Assembly: GCA_043228905.1 (NCBI GenBank)
Contig: JBHGNT010000010.1
Location: forward strand, 7,254,001 to 7,318,000
DNA from: Azolla caroliniana
Lineage: Eukaryota > Plantae > Polypodiophyta
Direction of reading: 5' to 3'
Length of the DNA: 64,000 nucleotides
Shown here piece by piece: positions 36,312-49,900 of the stretch. The position numbers and the translations under genes were made by a program. The notes beneath the pieces were generated by a model. That model was not told where the DNA came from and ran no database searches. It was given only the letters and a program-made list of their open reading frames with translations. The number at the start of each line of letters is the position of its first letter. Position 1 is the first letter of the stretch.

Positions 36312-38674
36312 ATGAGTAAAAGGTGTGCAAAATGTGATAGGGTTGATACATCTAGTGATGAGGCTTGCGTAACTAAACCTCTCATTTTCAAAAGAATTCC
36401 TCGACAAGTTAGTGTCAAAAGATTGACTTCGGATCGTCAAATTGCATTAGATACAAACAACTCATGTTGTGGAAGTCTATGTCTTTCTAAATTTGGCAAG
36501 ATAAATCTAACGATATTAAGAGAAAAGTACTTATCACTTAATGGTGAAAAACAAGATACTTATTTCACATATGCACCTAATTTTGGATCACACAATAGCG
36601 GGTAATTCAACACATGTTGACTATTACCTTACATTTTGTACTAAATGTTATCGAGTTGCTTTCAAAATTGCTTATAGCATTGGTAATACGAGGCTACATT
36701 GAATTCAACAACGTCTAGTAAAGGGATCGTGGGTGCCTTTTGACAAGAATACAGTTGGATCTAAGGGTCTGATTGGGCATCGTGCTATTAGGTGGATGGA
36801 GATATATTTCTCAAAGCAATGTGATATTATGCCTACAACTGGAAGATTACATTTGTCTAATAACTTTACTCGTCATGAGGTATACCAAGCATATAAGGAT
36901 GACATGTTTTTAGAAAGTGCACCTTATGTACAACATCGACATTTCAATCTATTATGGAGGTTGCAGTTCAACAATGTGGTTATACCTCATAAGGTTCAGA
37001 TGGGTGTTTGTTCAGTTTGTGCAAGACTAAAAAAAGCATGGCAAAGAGTGGGAGAAATTATGAAGAAATGAAGAATTATAAGAATCTATTAAAAGAACAT
37101 CGTAATAGTCAAGTCTTGGAACATTCAAAAGCTATGCACCAACGACAAAAAGCGCTTCAATCATTGGAAAAGTATATGTGCTTGATTATAGATGGCATGG
37201 ATCAAAAGAAGGCTTGTTTGCCACACTTTCAAAGGTTGCCTAAGGACATTGGTGATGAATGACTTGTTCAAATGCATTTAGTAGGTTGCTTATCGTACTG
37301 TCAGACAATAAGGCATCAAGTCTTCTTAACTTATCCTAATATCCACAATGACCCTAGTCTTATAGTGATAGTCATACAAAGAGTGTTACAGTCTTGGCAA
37401 GGTATCCTCCTGCCAATTCTATACGTGCAATTTGACAACACAGCCAGATAAAACAAAAACTCGATTGTTTTCGGTTATTTAAGCATGCTAGTAGAGGGGC
37501 ATATTTAAAAAGATTAAGGTGAACTTCTTACTAGTTGGTCATACCCATGATCATATAGATCAGATGTTTAGTAAATTCTAAAAGAAATTAGCAAGATGTG
37601 ATGCTTTTACGCTTCTGGCACTATCAAAATTGATCATAGAAGCTTATATCCCAAAGCCAAAAGTACAACATCTGAATGAGGTGTATGATTTTAAACGCTT
37701 CTGCATGGATGGTGATGGGACTCAAAGTAACGTTCTTGCACCACTAAATAATATAAGTTTTAACCACATCTTCCTCATAAAAAGAAGTTCTACGAGCCAC
37801 AACACAACGTTGTTGTATGCCAAACAATACTCATCTTGTTCACAATGGGAACCACAACAGGGTTGTAGGCTCTTATTGCGTTTTCCAGATGCAGAAATCC
37901 ATGGTGTAGAACAAATGTTGTATGAAGACCATAAAAAACTGGCTTTCGGTATTTCAATTAATGAGCAAAAGATATATTGGATGCAATGGCTTGAAGAGAA
38001 ACAAAAAAAATATTGAGTGCACCAAGAAGTATGCTAGTGATCAAAATGTTGACTGGTGGGGTACTTTTTTCAACCATCAACATACGATTTTGGATAACCA
38101 CATTGCCGAAAACTAGCCACTCCAATATCTGTTCACTTGGAATATTAGTGTAGGATCCATGGTGTCCATGACTCGTCATCGGTCATTAGAAAATATTGAA
38201 CGTAATAATCTAGTTCGCCCATGATAGAGAGATATTTACATGGGACCAAGGATATCGCATACTGTAGAGGCAAGATGGCAAGGCAATTTGCATGAGCTAC
38301 AAGTTGGTATGTTGGTTGCAACATTAACTGGTGTTGATGAGTTGGGCCATCCCTTTTGGATTGCTAAAATTATTGAAATAATGAAATATGAACAAGGAAA
38401 TCAAGTTAAATCCACTTTGGTTCATTGGTATCACAACTCTTCCCCAAATGCATTTATTGGAAAGTACGCTTTAGAGATGGTTAAGGATGTCGGAGGCACA
38501 AACAGAAAGCGAAGAAGAAAGAATCTACCAAGCACGTCTACTCTTACACTAGATACTATAGACGTCCTAGTGTATGACTTCTCCTTCACCAAAACAGGAC
38601 ATCTAAGACAGAGCACCATCAAGATAATAAAAGAGAAGATCCCAAATGGGGCTCCAAACACAACACAAAGATGA
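36312..38674 (+). pseudogene. Sola-type DDD DNA transposase, frameshifted
   Basis: Motifs CCGSLCL, C..AFKIAYSIGNTRL, DIMP...LHL, LWR..F.NV.I...CSVC, LIIDGMDQKK (D 37191), LYVQFDNTAR*NKN (D 37434), FLLVGHTHDHIDQMFS (D 37558). Confidence 0.8.
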
Positions 38675-41600
38675 ACCTTTACACATGCAACACCCATCTT
38701 TGTGAAATGATGTATTTTGTGCCGTTTCTTTACGGATAGTTCTTAAAATGCGACATATTACCTGTTTCAAATGACCCAATGTTCGAAGTTAAATATGCCA
38801 AATGTAAATAGTGAGTTAGTGAGTTAGTAACTGTTTGTTGAACAACAGTCTATTATTGATGTAATCTCTTCATGCTTCCTATATAAAGGGGCAGATGTAT
38901 TGTATGTGTGTGAAATAGAAATTTATCTTTGGATACACCTTGTTATCATATTATTGTGTTTGTGTAATTGATTTAAGTTCTAAGTTAAGTGCAGAATAAA
39001 GAGCCAATCAGACAGAGCTAGTAAGTAAATTGTTTGTTATTAATTTCTGAATTGTAATTCCATCCCCAACCAAACCTTTGATAAGGTTACTTAGGGATTA
39101 AGTATCCGATCCGTGTTTACTGAGAGGGTACAACACGATAGAGCTAAAGAGACCTTTGATGTGATAAAAAACAATTGTCCCTACACCTTTTCTTTCTTTC
39201 TTTTTCTTTTTCTTTTTCTTTTTCCAAAAGAAAACACTAGTTAGCAAACGAAGTACATCAAAGTTCAGCCATAATCAACAAAACTCACACAACTCCACAC
39301 AAAACTAAGCATAATCCCCACCCTGCTATTTACAACAAAAGTATCCCGCTAACTCTTTTTACATGGTAACCATATAATTACATCTTCTGTCCACTAATGG
39401 AAGCCAATGACGGAAACAGCCATCTTGGTGCTTGGTAGTTCCATTTTGGCCCTAACGCTGAATTTACCATCATAGGAGAACGACCCCATTTCAACAAAAA
39501 CTTTGACCGAGCCCTTTTTGCTTCATCCGAGTTCCCTTCAATTGAGTTGTATCGTCCGCGTAGTCAAGATACCAGCTCAAACCAAATGTTTAGCAACATT
39601 TCACCGCTTGGGAGTTTTCGTTGCTAAAAAACAAACATACATCGTCTAGTCCAAATGTTCCAGACCGAGAAGCATGCCACCAACATCCATATCTCCTCAA
39701 AAAAACCAGAGTGTGTGCCAGGTTTCACTCCAACACATTTGAATACACTACCACCCTACACTATAAATCCATGACCATGTGGATTTAGTTGTTCCGCCCA
39801 GCCTTCCCTAGTTAGCTTCAAACCCTATAAGGACCCCCACACAACTCTCCCATTCACACCGCATGCTGCCACTATCCTGAGACTTCAACCCCAAATGTTG
39901 ATTACCTCTACATAGTTCCAAAAACAATGAGGTATTGATTCCAAAGAGTGACCACATAACTTACAACTAGCCTCCCCACCACGACACCTCATCCACTCCC
40001 TTACGGGTATCGCCTTATGACTAAGAAGCCAAAACCAAACCTTTATTTTTTCTGGCATATCCAATGCCCAAAGTCTCCTCCAAAACAACTTCAACAAGTC
40101 ATCTGATATGCCTTTATCCCTCCAACTATTGCGAGTCTAAGCAGCGCCCACTGATTTACCTTCTGAGCTTAGTATTATAATAAAAAAATCCCTCCAGTTT
40201 GTTCGTTCCCGGTTTCTGCCACCATACCTCTAGTGGATCCCACTCCAAATCATATAGGGGCTTGTTGTCAAATAGCCATAGTTTACAACCATTATCTAGC
40301 TTCCCTAGGTCCGGGTTTACTTGCCACTTCTTACCTTCCAACATTGCCAACCACCGGCCATTGTCGGACAAAGCACTTAGGTTCCCCCACAAACGATACT
40401 CATTAGATGGGCACTTGCCACGGATAATTTGTCCATCACTCTCACCTACAAACCACCCATACCAAACCCCCTCGTCCTTATTCAACCTTTCTAGACCATC
40501 AACAGCCTTGTTTATCAGATGGGTCACCTTCTCAAGCCTACCAGAAATGCTACCAAACTTACCCTCACTCCTCTTCATTCTGAAAACATCCCAATCTCTT
40601 ACTGAACTAACATTGTACCCTAACGTGTGCCCCCATGGAAAATATTTTTTCTGTCCAAGCATCATGTCGTCTTCGCTTCTAATCCTAGGGTTCCAAAATA
40701 GTGGTTGTCGGAGTTGTTCCTCCAATGTTTTCGGTTGCATTAAGACCAACCCTTCTCTTACACTTGACCAAGCCATCATTATGGCACGTGCCACCCTGTC
40801 CTCCATGCTAGCTGGCACTTTGATCTTTAGATCTGGACTGAACAACCACCACATCTTTGCCTTCCAAGGGCCGCCATTCCTTGGACACCAAAGGGCAGCT
40901 CTGTCCCTAAGAAGCATCTTCCACAATTCAGGTCTAGGTTGTAAACTTCGCACAAGTAGCTTATCGAGTAAAGCCTTACTTTGGTGAACTGGATCCACCA
41001 ACCCAAGTCCATCCTAGTTTTTCGCCTTGATCAAACAACTCCATGTCACTTTAGTTGATGCCGTCTCGTGATCTCTACCCGACCATAGGAACCCTCTCAC
41101 CATTGCCTTAATGTTTTTGATGCAAGTTTTGTCTAACACCCAACATGACACCGAGTGCCACATGGTGGCTAACAAAATGTGGTTTACCACGACCACCCTA
41201 CCTACAAGAGAAAGCTTTACCGATGCCCATAACCAAAGCTTTTTTCTAATTTTGTCTTTCACTTGCTCAAGTTGTTGGTTTTTAGGTGTCTCAACTCCCA
41301 CCAAAAAACCCAAATATTTAACAGCCATTCCATTGGGGACCCATTGAAAATCAGCATTAGGGCACCAAAGAGGCCATGGGTTTGAACTTACCGAAAATCC
41401 TTTGCTTTTGTTCCAATTGATTTTCCCTCTTGACGCTTTACAAAACAGCTCAATCTGTCTTTCACCATGCTATAAATTATCGTCATTGCCTTGTAGATAG
41501 AGCATAGTGTCATCTGTGTATGATGAGTCCAACAACTCCTTGCTCGCATGTGGGACAATTAATCCCCTTATTCCTGCATCTGGTCTGTTTAAAAAGAAAG

Positions 41601-43235
41601 AGAATGGCTTTGCAATAAATAAATAAAGGTAGGGGGCCAATGGGCACCCTTGCCTGACAGACTTGCATAATGGAATTGGTGGGCCCCGATGTCCTAACAC
41701 CGTCACCCTACTCAAACTTCCTTCGTAAAGGGCTAACGCAGCCAATCTCCATTTTGAGGGTAGTCCCAACTGTTGGGAAATCGGTCTCTCCGGATGGGAT
41801 CCGGTGATGAATAAAGAGGACCCGGTGAGAATCGGAAGAGATTTGGAAACCGGAGGAGAGCTGGTGAGAACCGGAAGAGAGCCGGTGAGAACTGGAAGAG
41901 AAGACATATCTGTAAATATGTTTTGAGTCAGCCTATTGAGGCTATATTTGTGAATAGCCCTAAGTTCATATAAGTATAAATATGACTTAAGGCAATCACT
42001 TTTATAGGTGGTTGTTATTATTGTCATATTGTGATATGGAGAGAGCGACACACACACACACACACAGTGAGTGAGTGAGTGAGTGAGTGAGTGAGATATA
42101 GAGTGATACTCTGTTGTAACCTCCGGTTGGCGAAGATATAGAGCTTGAGGTCGTTGCCTCCAAGGCTCTGATTGTACCTTTCTCCTATAGTGATAGTTGG
42201 AGTCCGTGGGCTCCCGTGGTTTTTCCCATTTAGGGTTTTCCACGTAAACATCCTGTGTATTTCCTTTGTGTACTCTCCACTTCCCATTTCTGTGTTTCAT
42301 TCTCAAAGAAGTGTTCAAGACTCGGTTGTGATAGAGCAACATTCCGTGTTTTTCTCAACAAATTGGTATCAAAGCGAACAACATAGGGAATGGAAGAATC
42401 GTTCGGCGGCATGTTCAAGCTCACCAACTCCAACTACTCAATGTGGAAGTCGAAGATGAGGGACATGTTGGTGGTTAAAGATCTTTGGTTGTCAGTTCAG
42501 TTTGGGGACAAAAGACCGGATAAGATCAACACCACAGTGTAGGAGGTGATGCACATGAAGACGACGGCCTACATCCAGTTCTTCATCGACATGAGCCTGT
42601 ACAACAACTTCAATGAAGAGAGCAAGGCTCATGAACTCTAAGAGAAGATCGGCATCATGTTCCAGAACAAAAATGTCGTTAATCGGGTTTCGGTATTCTG
42701 GAAGCTAGTGAGGCTCCGGTACCAGGACGGCTATAGTATGGCGGAGCACATGAATGCCTTCCAGGGGCTGATACATCAAGCAACCTCGTTGGAAGTACCT
42801 CTCGCCGATGAGGTACTCGCATTGCTCCTGCTTGGTTCCCTCCCGGATAGCTTGGAGATGTTAGTTGTCACGTTGGGCAACGCCACGCCAGAAGGAAAAC
42901 AGTTGTCCCTAGCAAGGGTAAAATCAAGCTTGCTAGATGAGGAAGCTCGCCAGAAGGACTAGGAGTCCAGAACCGATCCGAAGGCCTTGGTCACAAAAGA
43001 TGACCAAAACCGAGGAAGAGGCCGGTATCGGAGTCCCCAAAACCGGGACAAATCGGGGACGAGGTTGAAGTCAAGGGGGAGGCCCACGTGCTTCTATTGC
43101 GGGAAGTCGGGACGCTTCCAGAAGAATTGTCGGCATTTCTGGAAGGAGAAAGAAATTGGCACTACCGATTCGAAGAAGAGTTCGGACCGAAATAGTTCGG
43201 ACCGGAGAAGCTTGGATCGAAAGGGAACGTCAGCA

Positions 43236-43583
43236 TTAGAATTAGAATTAGAATTTTTATCGTCCATAAAGAGGCCAATTTTGACCTATGGGACCAAAGA
43301 ATACATGTGTTCTTGATATATGTCTCCTTCCTAAGAAGGGGTATTCATATGTTGAAGCACAAAGTCTCTATGTGTTAATAAAGCATACACATATGAACTC
43401 AACCTTCTAGGTGGTGTCTTAAGTATGGATCTTAAGTTATCACTCCCTCTTAGTGTGTCAACATATCTTGAACGAATTGCACTATATGTCGAGCATGTGA
43501 AGAGCAAGTGACATTCATCCTCTACCATGCCTTCATTGCATACTTTACATGTCTTCAAATTCGTTACATTTTGATATCATGAG
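43236..43583 (-). mobile_element. 3' fragment of RTE-like LINE inserted in copia gag-protease linker
   Basis: CCHC motif CKVCNEGMVEDECHLLFTC; (TTCTAA)3 tail; copia frame KGTSA|IATSEEE is restored on removal. Confidence 0.85.
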
Positions 43584-46300
43584 GCAATCGCGACAAGTGA
43601 AGAAGAAATGATGTGCATTACCGAAGAGAATGAGTTAAACCTTGTCAGCGATGAGACAACATGGGTTGTCAATTCCGGAGCGTCGTTCCACTTGACACCG
43701 GATTGGAAATGCTTCTCATCCTACACAGCCGGTGATCATGGTTGTGTCCGGATGGGGAATGAAGTTACATGCCGAATTATCGGCATAGGAGATGTGTTGT
43801 TGACGACATCAACCATATGCAAATTGCTGATGAAGGATGTTTGACACGTTCCGGAGGTTCGACTGAACTTGATATCAACCGGTCGGCTAGATGATGAAGG
43901 CTACACGAGTAGCATCTGGAATGGTGTTATGAAGTTCAGCAAGAGAAGCTTGATAGTGGCTCGAGCCCGTAAGAGCAACACATTGTACTTGATGAATGTC
44001 TGGATATGCCAGGAAGAAGTGAACGTAGCATTTGACATTGCCGGTGAGCTGTGGCACAAAAGACTGTGTCACATGAGTGAGAAGGGGATGAAGAGGCTTG
44101 CCGAAGACAACCTCATTCCGGTGAAGGACGTGCAACTTGAGAAGTGCACCAATTGTTTGGCCAGCAAACAAAACCGAACCTCCTTCCTGTCAAGACCACC
44201 GATGACACAAAATGCACCACTGGAGCTGGTGCATACCGATGTGTGTCAAGTGGACACGAAGTCACATGTCGGATCACAGTACTTCGTGGCGTTCATAGAT
44301 GACCACATCCAGAGGTTGTGGGTTAGGTGTTATCCGTCTTCAAGGAGCTCCACGTGAGAGTGGAAAGAGAAACCGGTTGGAAGCTGAAGCCGGTTTGGGC
44401 AGATAATAGAGGAGAATACCGGGGGCAGTTCGAGGAGTACTATTGGTCAAAGGGAATCCGGCTCGAGTTTACTATGCCAAAGACGTTGGAACTAAACGGG
44501 TTGGCCGAAAGGATGAACCAGACCATAATGGAGAGAGTCTAGAGCATGCTAGCACATGAAAAATTACCCAAGAGGTTTTGGGTTGAAGCACTGACGACGG
44601 CAACCTATGTGATAAATAGATCACCCTCAGCACCCTTGGAAGGAGACTCACCTCAGAAAGTATGGACCGGTAAAGATGTATCTTACCGGTATGTGAAGGT
44701 GTTCGGGTGCCTCACATATGTGCATGTTGCAAAGGACAAGAGAGAAAAGTTGGATCCAAAGTTCAGGCCATGCATATTCCTTGGATACAACGATGATGAG
44801 TTTGGTTACCAGGTGTGGGATCTAGTCGACAAGAAGGTGTTCCGGAGTCGGGACATAGTCTTCATGGAAGACAGGACCATTTTCGATTGGGAGTCGGAGA
44901 AGAAGGTGATGAACTCCGGATCATTCAATGAAAACCGGCTTGAGGACACAAGGACTTACCCGGTTGAAAACTGGACGCTAGCCGGTAACCAGATGACACT
45001 CGACGAACCGGCTGAATATGGACAAGAAACCGAACCGACCGAAGAAGAAGAAGAAGAAGAAGAAGAAGACACCGGAATTGGACAAGTTCTCAAATCGGAT
45101 TCGGACGAGGAACAAACGGAGGAGCCGGGAGTCAGAAACCAAGGACAGAGATATCCTCTTCGAGAGAGAAGAGCCCCCCGAAGATTTCCGGATGCACAGC
45201 AAGTGTTGCTAACCGATGAGGGGGAGCTAGAAAGCTTCGAAAAAGTAAAGAGAGACACCCACAACCGCAAGTGGTTGAGTGCCATGCAGGATGAGATGGA
45301 TTCCCTGCATGAGAACCACGGAGTTGTCGAAAGGGAAGAGAGCACTCCAGAACAAGTGGGCGTATAAGTTGAAACCGGGAGATGCCAGAAATCCACCTAG
45401 GTATAAGACTTGAATCGTGGTAAAGGGCTTCTAGCAGAAGAAAGGAGTGGACTTCGATGAGATCTTTGCCCCGGTAGTAAAGATGGCATCCATCCGGATG
45501 GTATTGGGCATAGTGGCAAGCATGGACCTCAAGGTAGAGCAACTAGACTTCAAGACGGCATTTCTACATGGCGACCTCGAAGAAGAGATCTACATGCATC
45601 AACCGGAAGGATTTGAAAGGAAAGGGAAGGAGCACCTAGTGTGCCGGCTGAAGAAGAGCCTATACGGACTGAAGCAAGCTCCTCGGTAATGGTACTAGAA
45701 GTTCGACTCCTTCATGACCGACCAAGGGTACCACAAGACGCAGGCCGATCACTGCATGTTTGTGAAGAAATTTGATGGAGGAGATTTCCTGATACTCCTC
45801 CTGTATGTGGATGACATGCTGATCGTCGGACGAGACCAAGGCAAGATTCGGATGCTGAAGAAGGCTCTAAACCGGACCTTCTCAATGAAAGACTTGGGGC
45901 TAGCAAGACAGATATTGGGAATGCACATCATCCGGGACCGGTCGAAGAAGCTGTTGTGGCTGTCACAGGAGAAGTATGTGACAAAGGTGCTTCAACGGTT
46001 CAACATGTTAGAGGCGAAACCGGTCGGATCGACACTTCCGGCAAACTGCAAGCTATCCAGAAAACAAAGCCTGAGGACAAAGACGGAGAAGATGGATATG
46101 ATGAAGATACCATATGCCTCTGCCATCGGGAGCTTGATGTACGCAATGGTATGTACTCGGCCAGATATCAGATATGCAGTTGGAGTGGTGAGCCAGTTCA
46201 TGAGCAATCCTGGAAGAGACCACTGGAACGTGCTCAAGTGGATACTTTGGTACCTGAAAGGCACCTCGAGAATGTGCCTCCGGTTTGGTTTCAGAAAACC

Positions 46301-46940
46301 CCAACTCGATGGTTTCACGGATTCAAATATGTCAGCTGATGTAGATACTAGCCGGTCGACATCCGGATATGTCATGACTTATGCAAGGGGAGTTGTTTCG
46401 TGGCAGTCGAGGCTACAAAAGACGGTTGCATTGTCAACCATGGAGGTGGAGTACATGGCAACTATAGAAGCCGGCAAGGAGATAATCTAGATGAAGGACT
46501 TCATCGAAGAGCTAGGGATCCAACAAGAGGAATACTGGCTCTACTGCGATAGTCAAAGCGCCATCCACCTTGCAAAGAACGTGGCCTACCATTCTCGGAC
46601 GAAATATATACAACGGAGATATCCAGCTCGATGGTTTCATGGATTCAGATATGTCAGTTGATGCAGATACTAGTCGATCGACATCCAGATATGTCATGAG
46701 TTATGCAAGGGGAGCTGTTTCGTGGCAGTCGAGGCTGTAGAAGACGGTTGCATTGTCAACCACGGAGGCGGAGTACATGGCAGCTATAGAAGCCGGCAAG
46801 GAGATAATTTGGATGAAGGACTTCATCGGAGAGCTAGGGATCCAACAGGAGGAATACCGGCTCTACTGCAATAGTCAAAGCGCCATCCACCTTGCAAAGA
46901 ACGCAGCATACCATTCTCGGACGAAACATATCCAGCGTAG
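46301..46940 (+). repeat. ~322-bp tandem duplication of RNase H N-terminal half
   Basis: ccaactcgatggtttcacgg (46301) vs ccagctcgatggtttcatgg (46623) and downstream sequence. Confidence 0.88.
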
Positions 46941-49900
46941 GTACCATTGGATCTGGGAGAGAGTAGAAGATCAAGAGTTCGTGCTGACGAAGATCCACAC
47001 AAAGGAGAACGAGTCGGATATGCTGACCAAGCTATTGACAACCGACAAGCTGGACACGTGCCGAGAGCTGATCGGGCTGACGAGACATCCCATGTCGGAG
47101 TGAAGGGGGAGATTGTTGGGAAATCGATCTCTCCGAATGGGATCCGGTGATGAATAAAGAGGACCCTGTGAGAACCGGAGGAGACCCGGTGAGAACCGGA
47201 AGAGAAGACATATTTGTAAATATGTTTTGAGTAAGCCTATTGAGGCTATATTTGTAAATAGCCCTAAGTTCATATAAGTATAAATATGACTTAGGGCAAT
47301 CACTTTTATAGGTTGTTGTTATTATTGTCATATTGTGATATAGAGAGAGCGACAGAGAGAGAGAGAGAGTGAGTGAGTGAGATATAGAGTGATACTCTAT
47401 TGTAACCACCGGTTGGCGAAGATACAGAGCTCGAGGTTGTTGCCTCTGAGGCTTTGATTGTACCTTTCTCCTATAGTGATAGTTGGAGTCTGTGGGCTCC
47501 GGTGGTCTTTCCCATTTAGGGTTTTCCACGTAAACATCCTGTGTATTTCCTTTGTGTACTCTCCACTTCCCATTTTTGTGTTTCATTCTCAAAGAAGTGT
47601 TCAAGACTTGGTTGTGGTCGAGCAACATTCCGCGTTTTTCTCAACACCAACCTCACCATCACTTTATCTAAAAAGGCCATTGTACTCTGTCATACGCCTT
47701 CTGGACGTCAAGCATGAGACATGCAATATGTTGATTGGTTTTCTTTGCCAAGGCAATCGCCTCCCAAAAGGTCAACACATTATCAATTATGCATCTGTTT
47801 TCCATGAATCCTGTTTGTCCAACATAATTAGTGCATTCAAGTGGGGTTTGACCCTCTTGGCCAAAATATTGGCAAAAATCTTATATATTGTGTTGATCAA
47901 CATAATCGGTCTCCATTGCCTTACATTAGCTATTAGACCCTATACCTTTGGAATTAGAAATATCAGCCCCTCTTTAAAATGCTCGAGTAAGTGTCCAACA
48001 ACCATGCCTCATTAAGACCATCAACCAAGTCAACCTTAATCACTTCCCAAAAAATTTCAAAAAAATCTCTTGATAATCCGTCGATGCTTGGACACCTCCT
48101 CTTCCAAGAGTGGCCTTGACAAATTAACTTGTGCACCTTTTCTTCGCGATCACGTGCAAAGAGACCATCCAATGAAGCTATTAAACATGCTTCATTCTCA
48201 AAATCTGGGAAAATAGAGATTTTCAAAAAAAAAACTATTTATGTAGTGTTTCTCTTGCTTTTTTTTATGCATCCAATATCCCACTACTCTTCAACCAAGT
48301 CCCTTAACCTGGAGATAATTTATATTTGTTCATCAATTTTCTTTTGTTAACAATACCTTCTCATAAGTAATCTAGTGAACAACGTTGAACCAAGATTTAA
48401 TTTTTCTACCAAATTACACACTACACATTATGTGTTTCCTAGAATCGCATTATGTGCAATTTCATTTTTCCATATGTGCTCTCACCAAAACATCCATGCA
48501 CATTTTCTTGGTTGATATCCTCTCTTATTGTTGGAGTATCTTATTTAGTTCTATTTGTCTTATTTTTCTATTTACTCCCTCTCGTCATGTCTCTCTATCG
48601 ATATGATGTCCATTTTACTAGTTTTCTTGCGCCATCAAGTTTGTATCTTCATATTAAAATAATAGTAATCTTTTTTTTTCAATTCCAAATCTTTTACAAG
48701 GTATGTCCACCAAGTCGATCAAGAAGTGTTAATAATAGTCTAATTCAACATGTCATATCGACATTATAATCATTTTAGGGATAACTGCACATTATATGTA
48801 GCTCTTGACGCTCAAACTCGTGACCTTAAAGACATGTCCAAAGAAATATAGAACATGAAGCAAAATTGACGATATGATTGTGATAATGAGTGAGTGGTGG
48901 ACCAAAGACATTGACAATGATGACTAAATGGCATCCCTTTTTAGTGTACATATTAGAACAACATGAAAATACATAGAATCATTTCCATCCTTCATAATGG
49001 TTAGAACCTTATGGCAAGACAAAACCCTCTAAGGTGTTGTAAGATGAGCTAAGGTAAAGGCAACTCCTCTTAGACAAAGTTCTTGTAGAGCTCAATTGCT
49101 AGAACTGTCAATTTATCTACGTAGGAAATCATTTTCTTGGCATTGTCACTAAAGTGATTATATATATAATGTGTGCAAACTAGTCCCAAGTCAATATAAT
49201 TGCACATGCATCTTCCATAATACCATAAACCTTGTTGCTTATGCATTCATGTCTGTGGACATAGGAAATCATTTTCTTTTTTTTTCCAAAAAAGGAAATC
49301 ATTTTCTTGGCATTTTCACTAAATTGATTATATATATAATGTGCTCAAGCTAAACATCCTAGAGAAAATAGAGATTGCCACTTGGTTTTGCATACACATT
49401 AATATTTCGTTTCCCCCCTTTTATGTCATATATTTGTATAACATATTCAATTATTTTACGTAGCTATCCAATGATGAAACATGAGCACAATCAAACATCG
49501 AGACAATGGGTGAGTGACAATTGATCTACTTTAAACTAATGATAGTTGTATGTTGGAATAAAATTAGAGCCTAGAGGTCATGGAAATGCATCTAGAATAA
49601 TGAGGGTGGAGTAAGGTGAGTTCTTAAGTTATTCACTTGTCAACAAGAGTTGTTTTTACACTTACCTTTTCCTGACATGCACAATTTCTATCTTTTACCC
49701 AATTGTTACCCATTGACAAGCTCACACAAAGTTTTTGTTTCGTTTTTTATTTTAAATGTAATTCTAAAATCTGTAAAACAACTTTAACTCCTCTAACCTA
49801 ATTTATCCTTGCTTTTCTTCTTAAAAACATACAAACATTATTGAACCAAACACAACTTCATTCCTCAAACTCAACTTTTCACCTTTAAACAACTTGCAAG

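Larger units (their letters stand above)
41771..47646 (+). mobile_element. Degenerate full-length Ty1/copia, same lineage as 20497-25983
   Basis: LTRs 41771-42360 and 47114-47646; TSD CCAAC (41766-41770, 47647-47651); PBS TGGTATCAAAGC at 42364; PPT TGAAGGGGGAGA; fragmented gag-pol very similar to the young copy. Confidence 0.95.
39195..48133 (-). mobile_element. 5'-truncated L1-clade LINE interrupted by a copia
   Basis: 11-bp TSD CACCTTTTCTT (39184-39194, 48134-48144); A-rich tail at ~39195-39222. RT rejoins across the copia as MLDVQKAYDRVQWPFLDKVMVR|LGLPSKW; SVRQGCPLAP, YTDD, KYLG; zf-RVT CKLCGHSLESIPHCFW. Confidence 0.9.

Noticed and set aside
38701-39135. Solo LTR or right end of the Sola element
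   Set aside because: LTR-like (TATA, AATAAA, ...CAACA) but no TSD or matching TIR could be established
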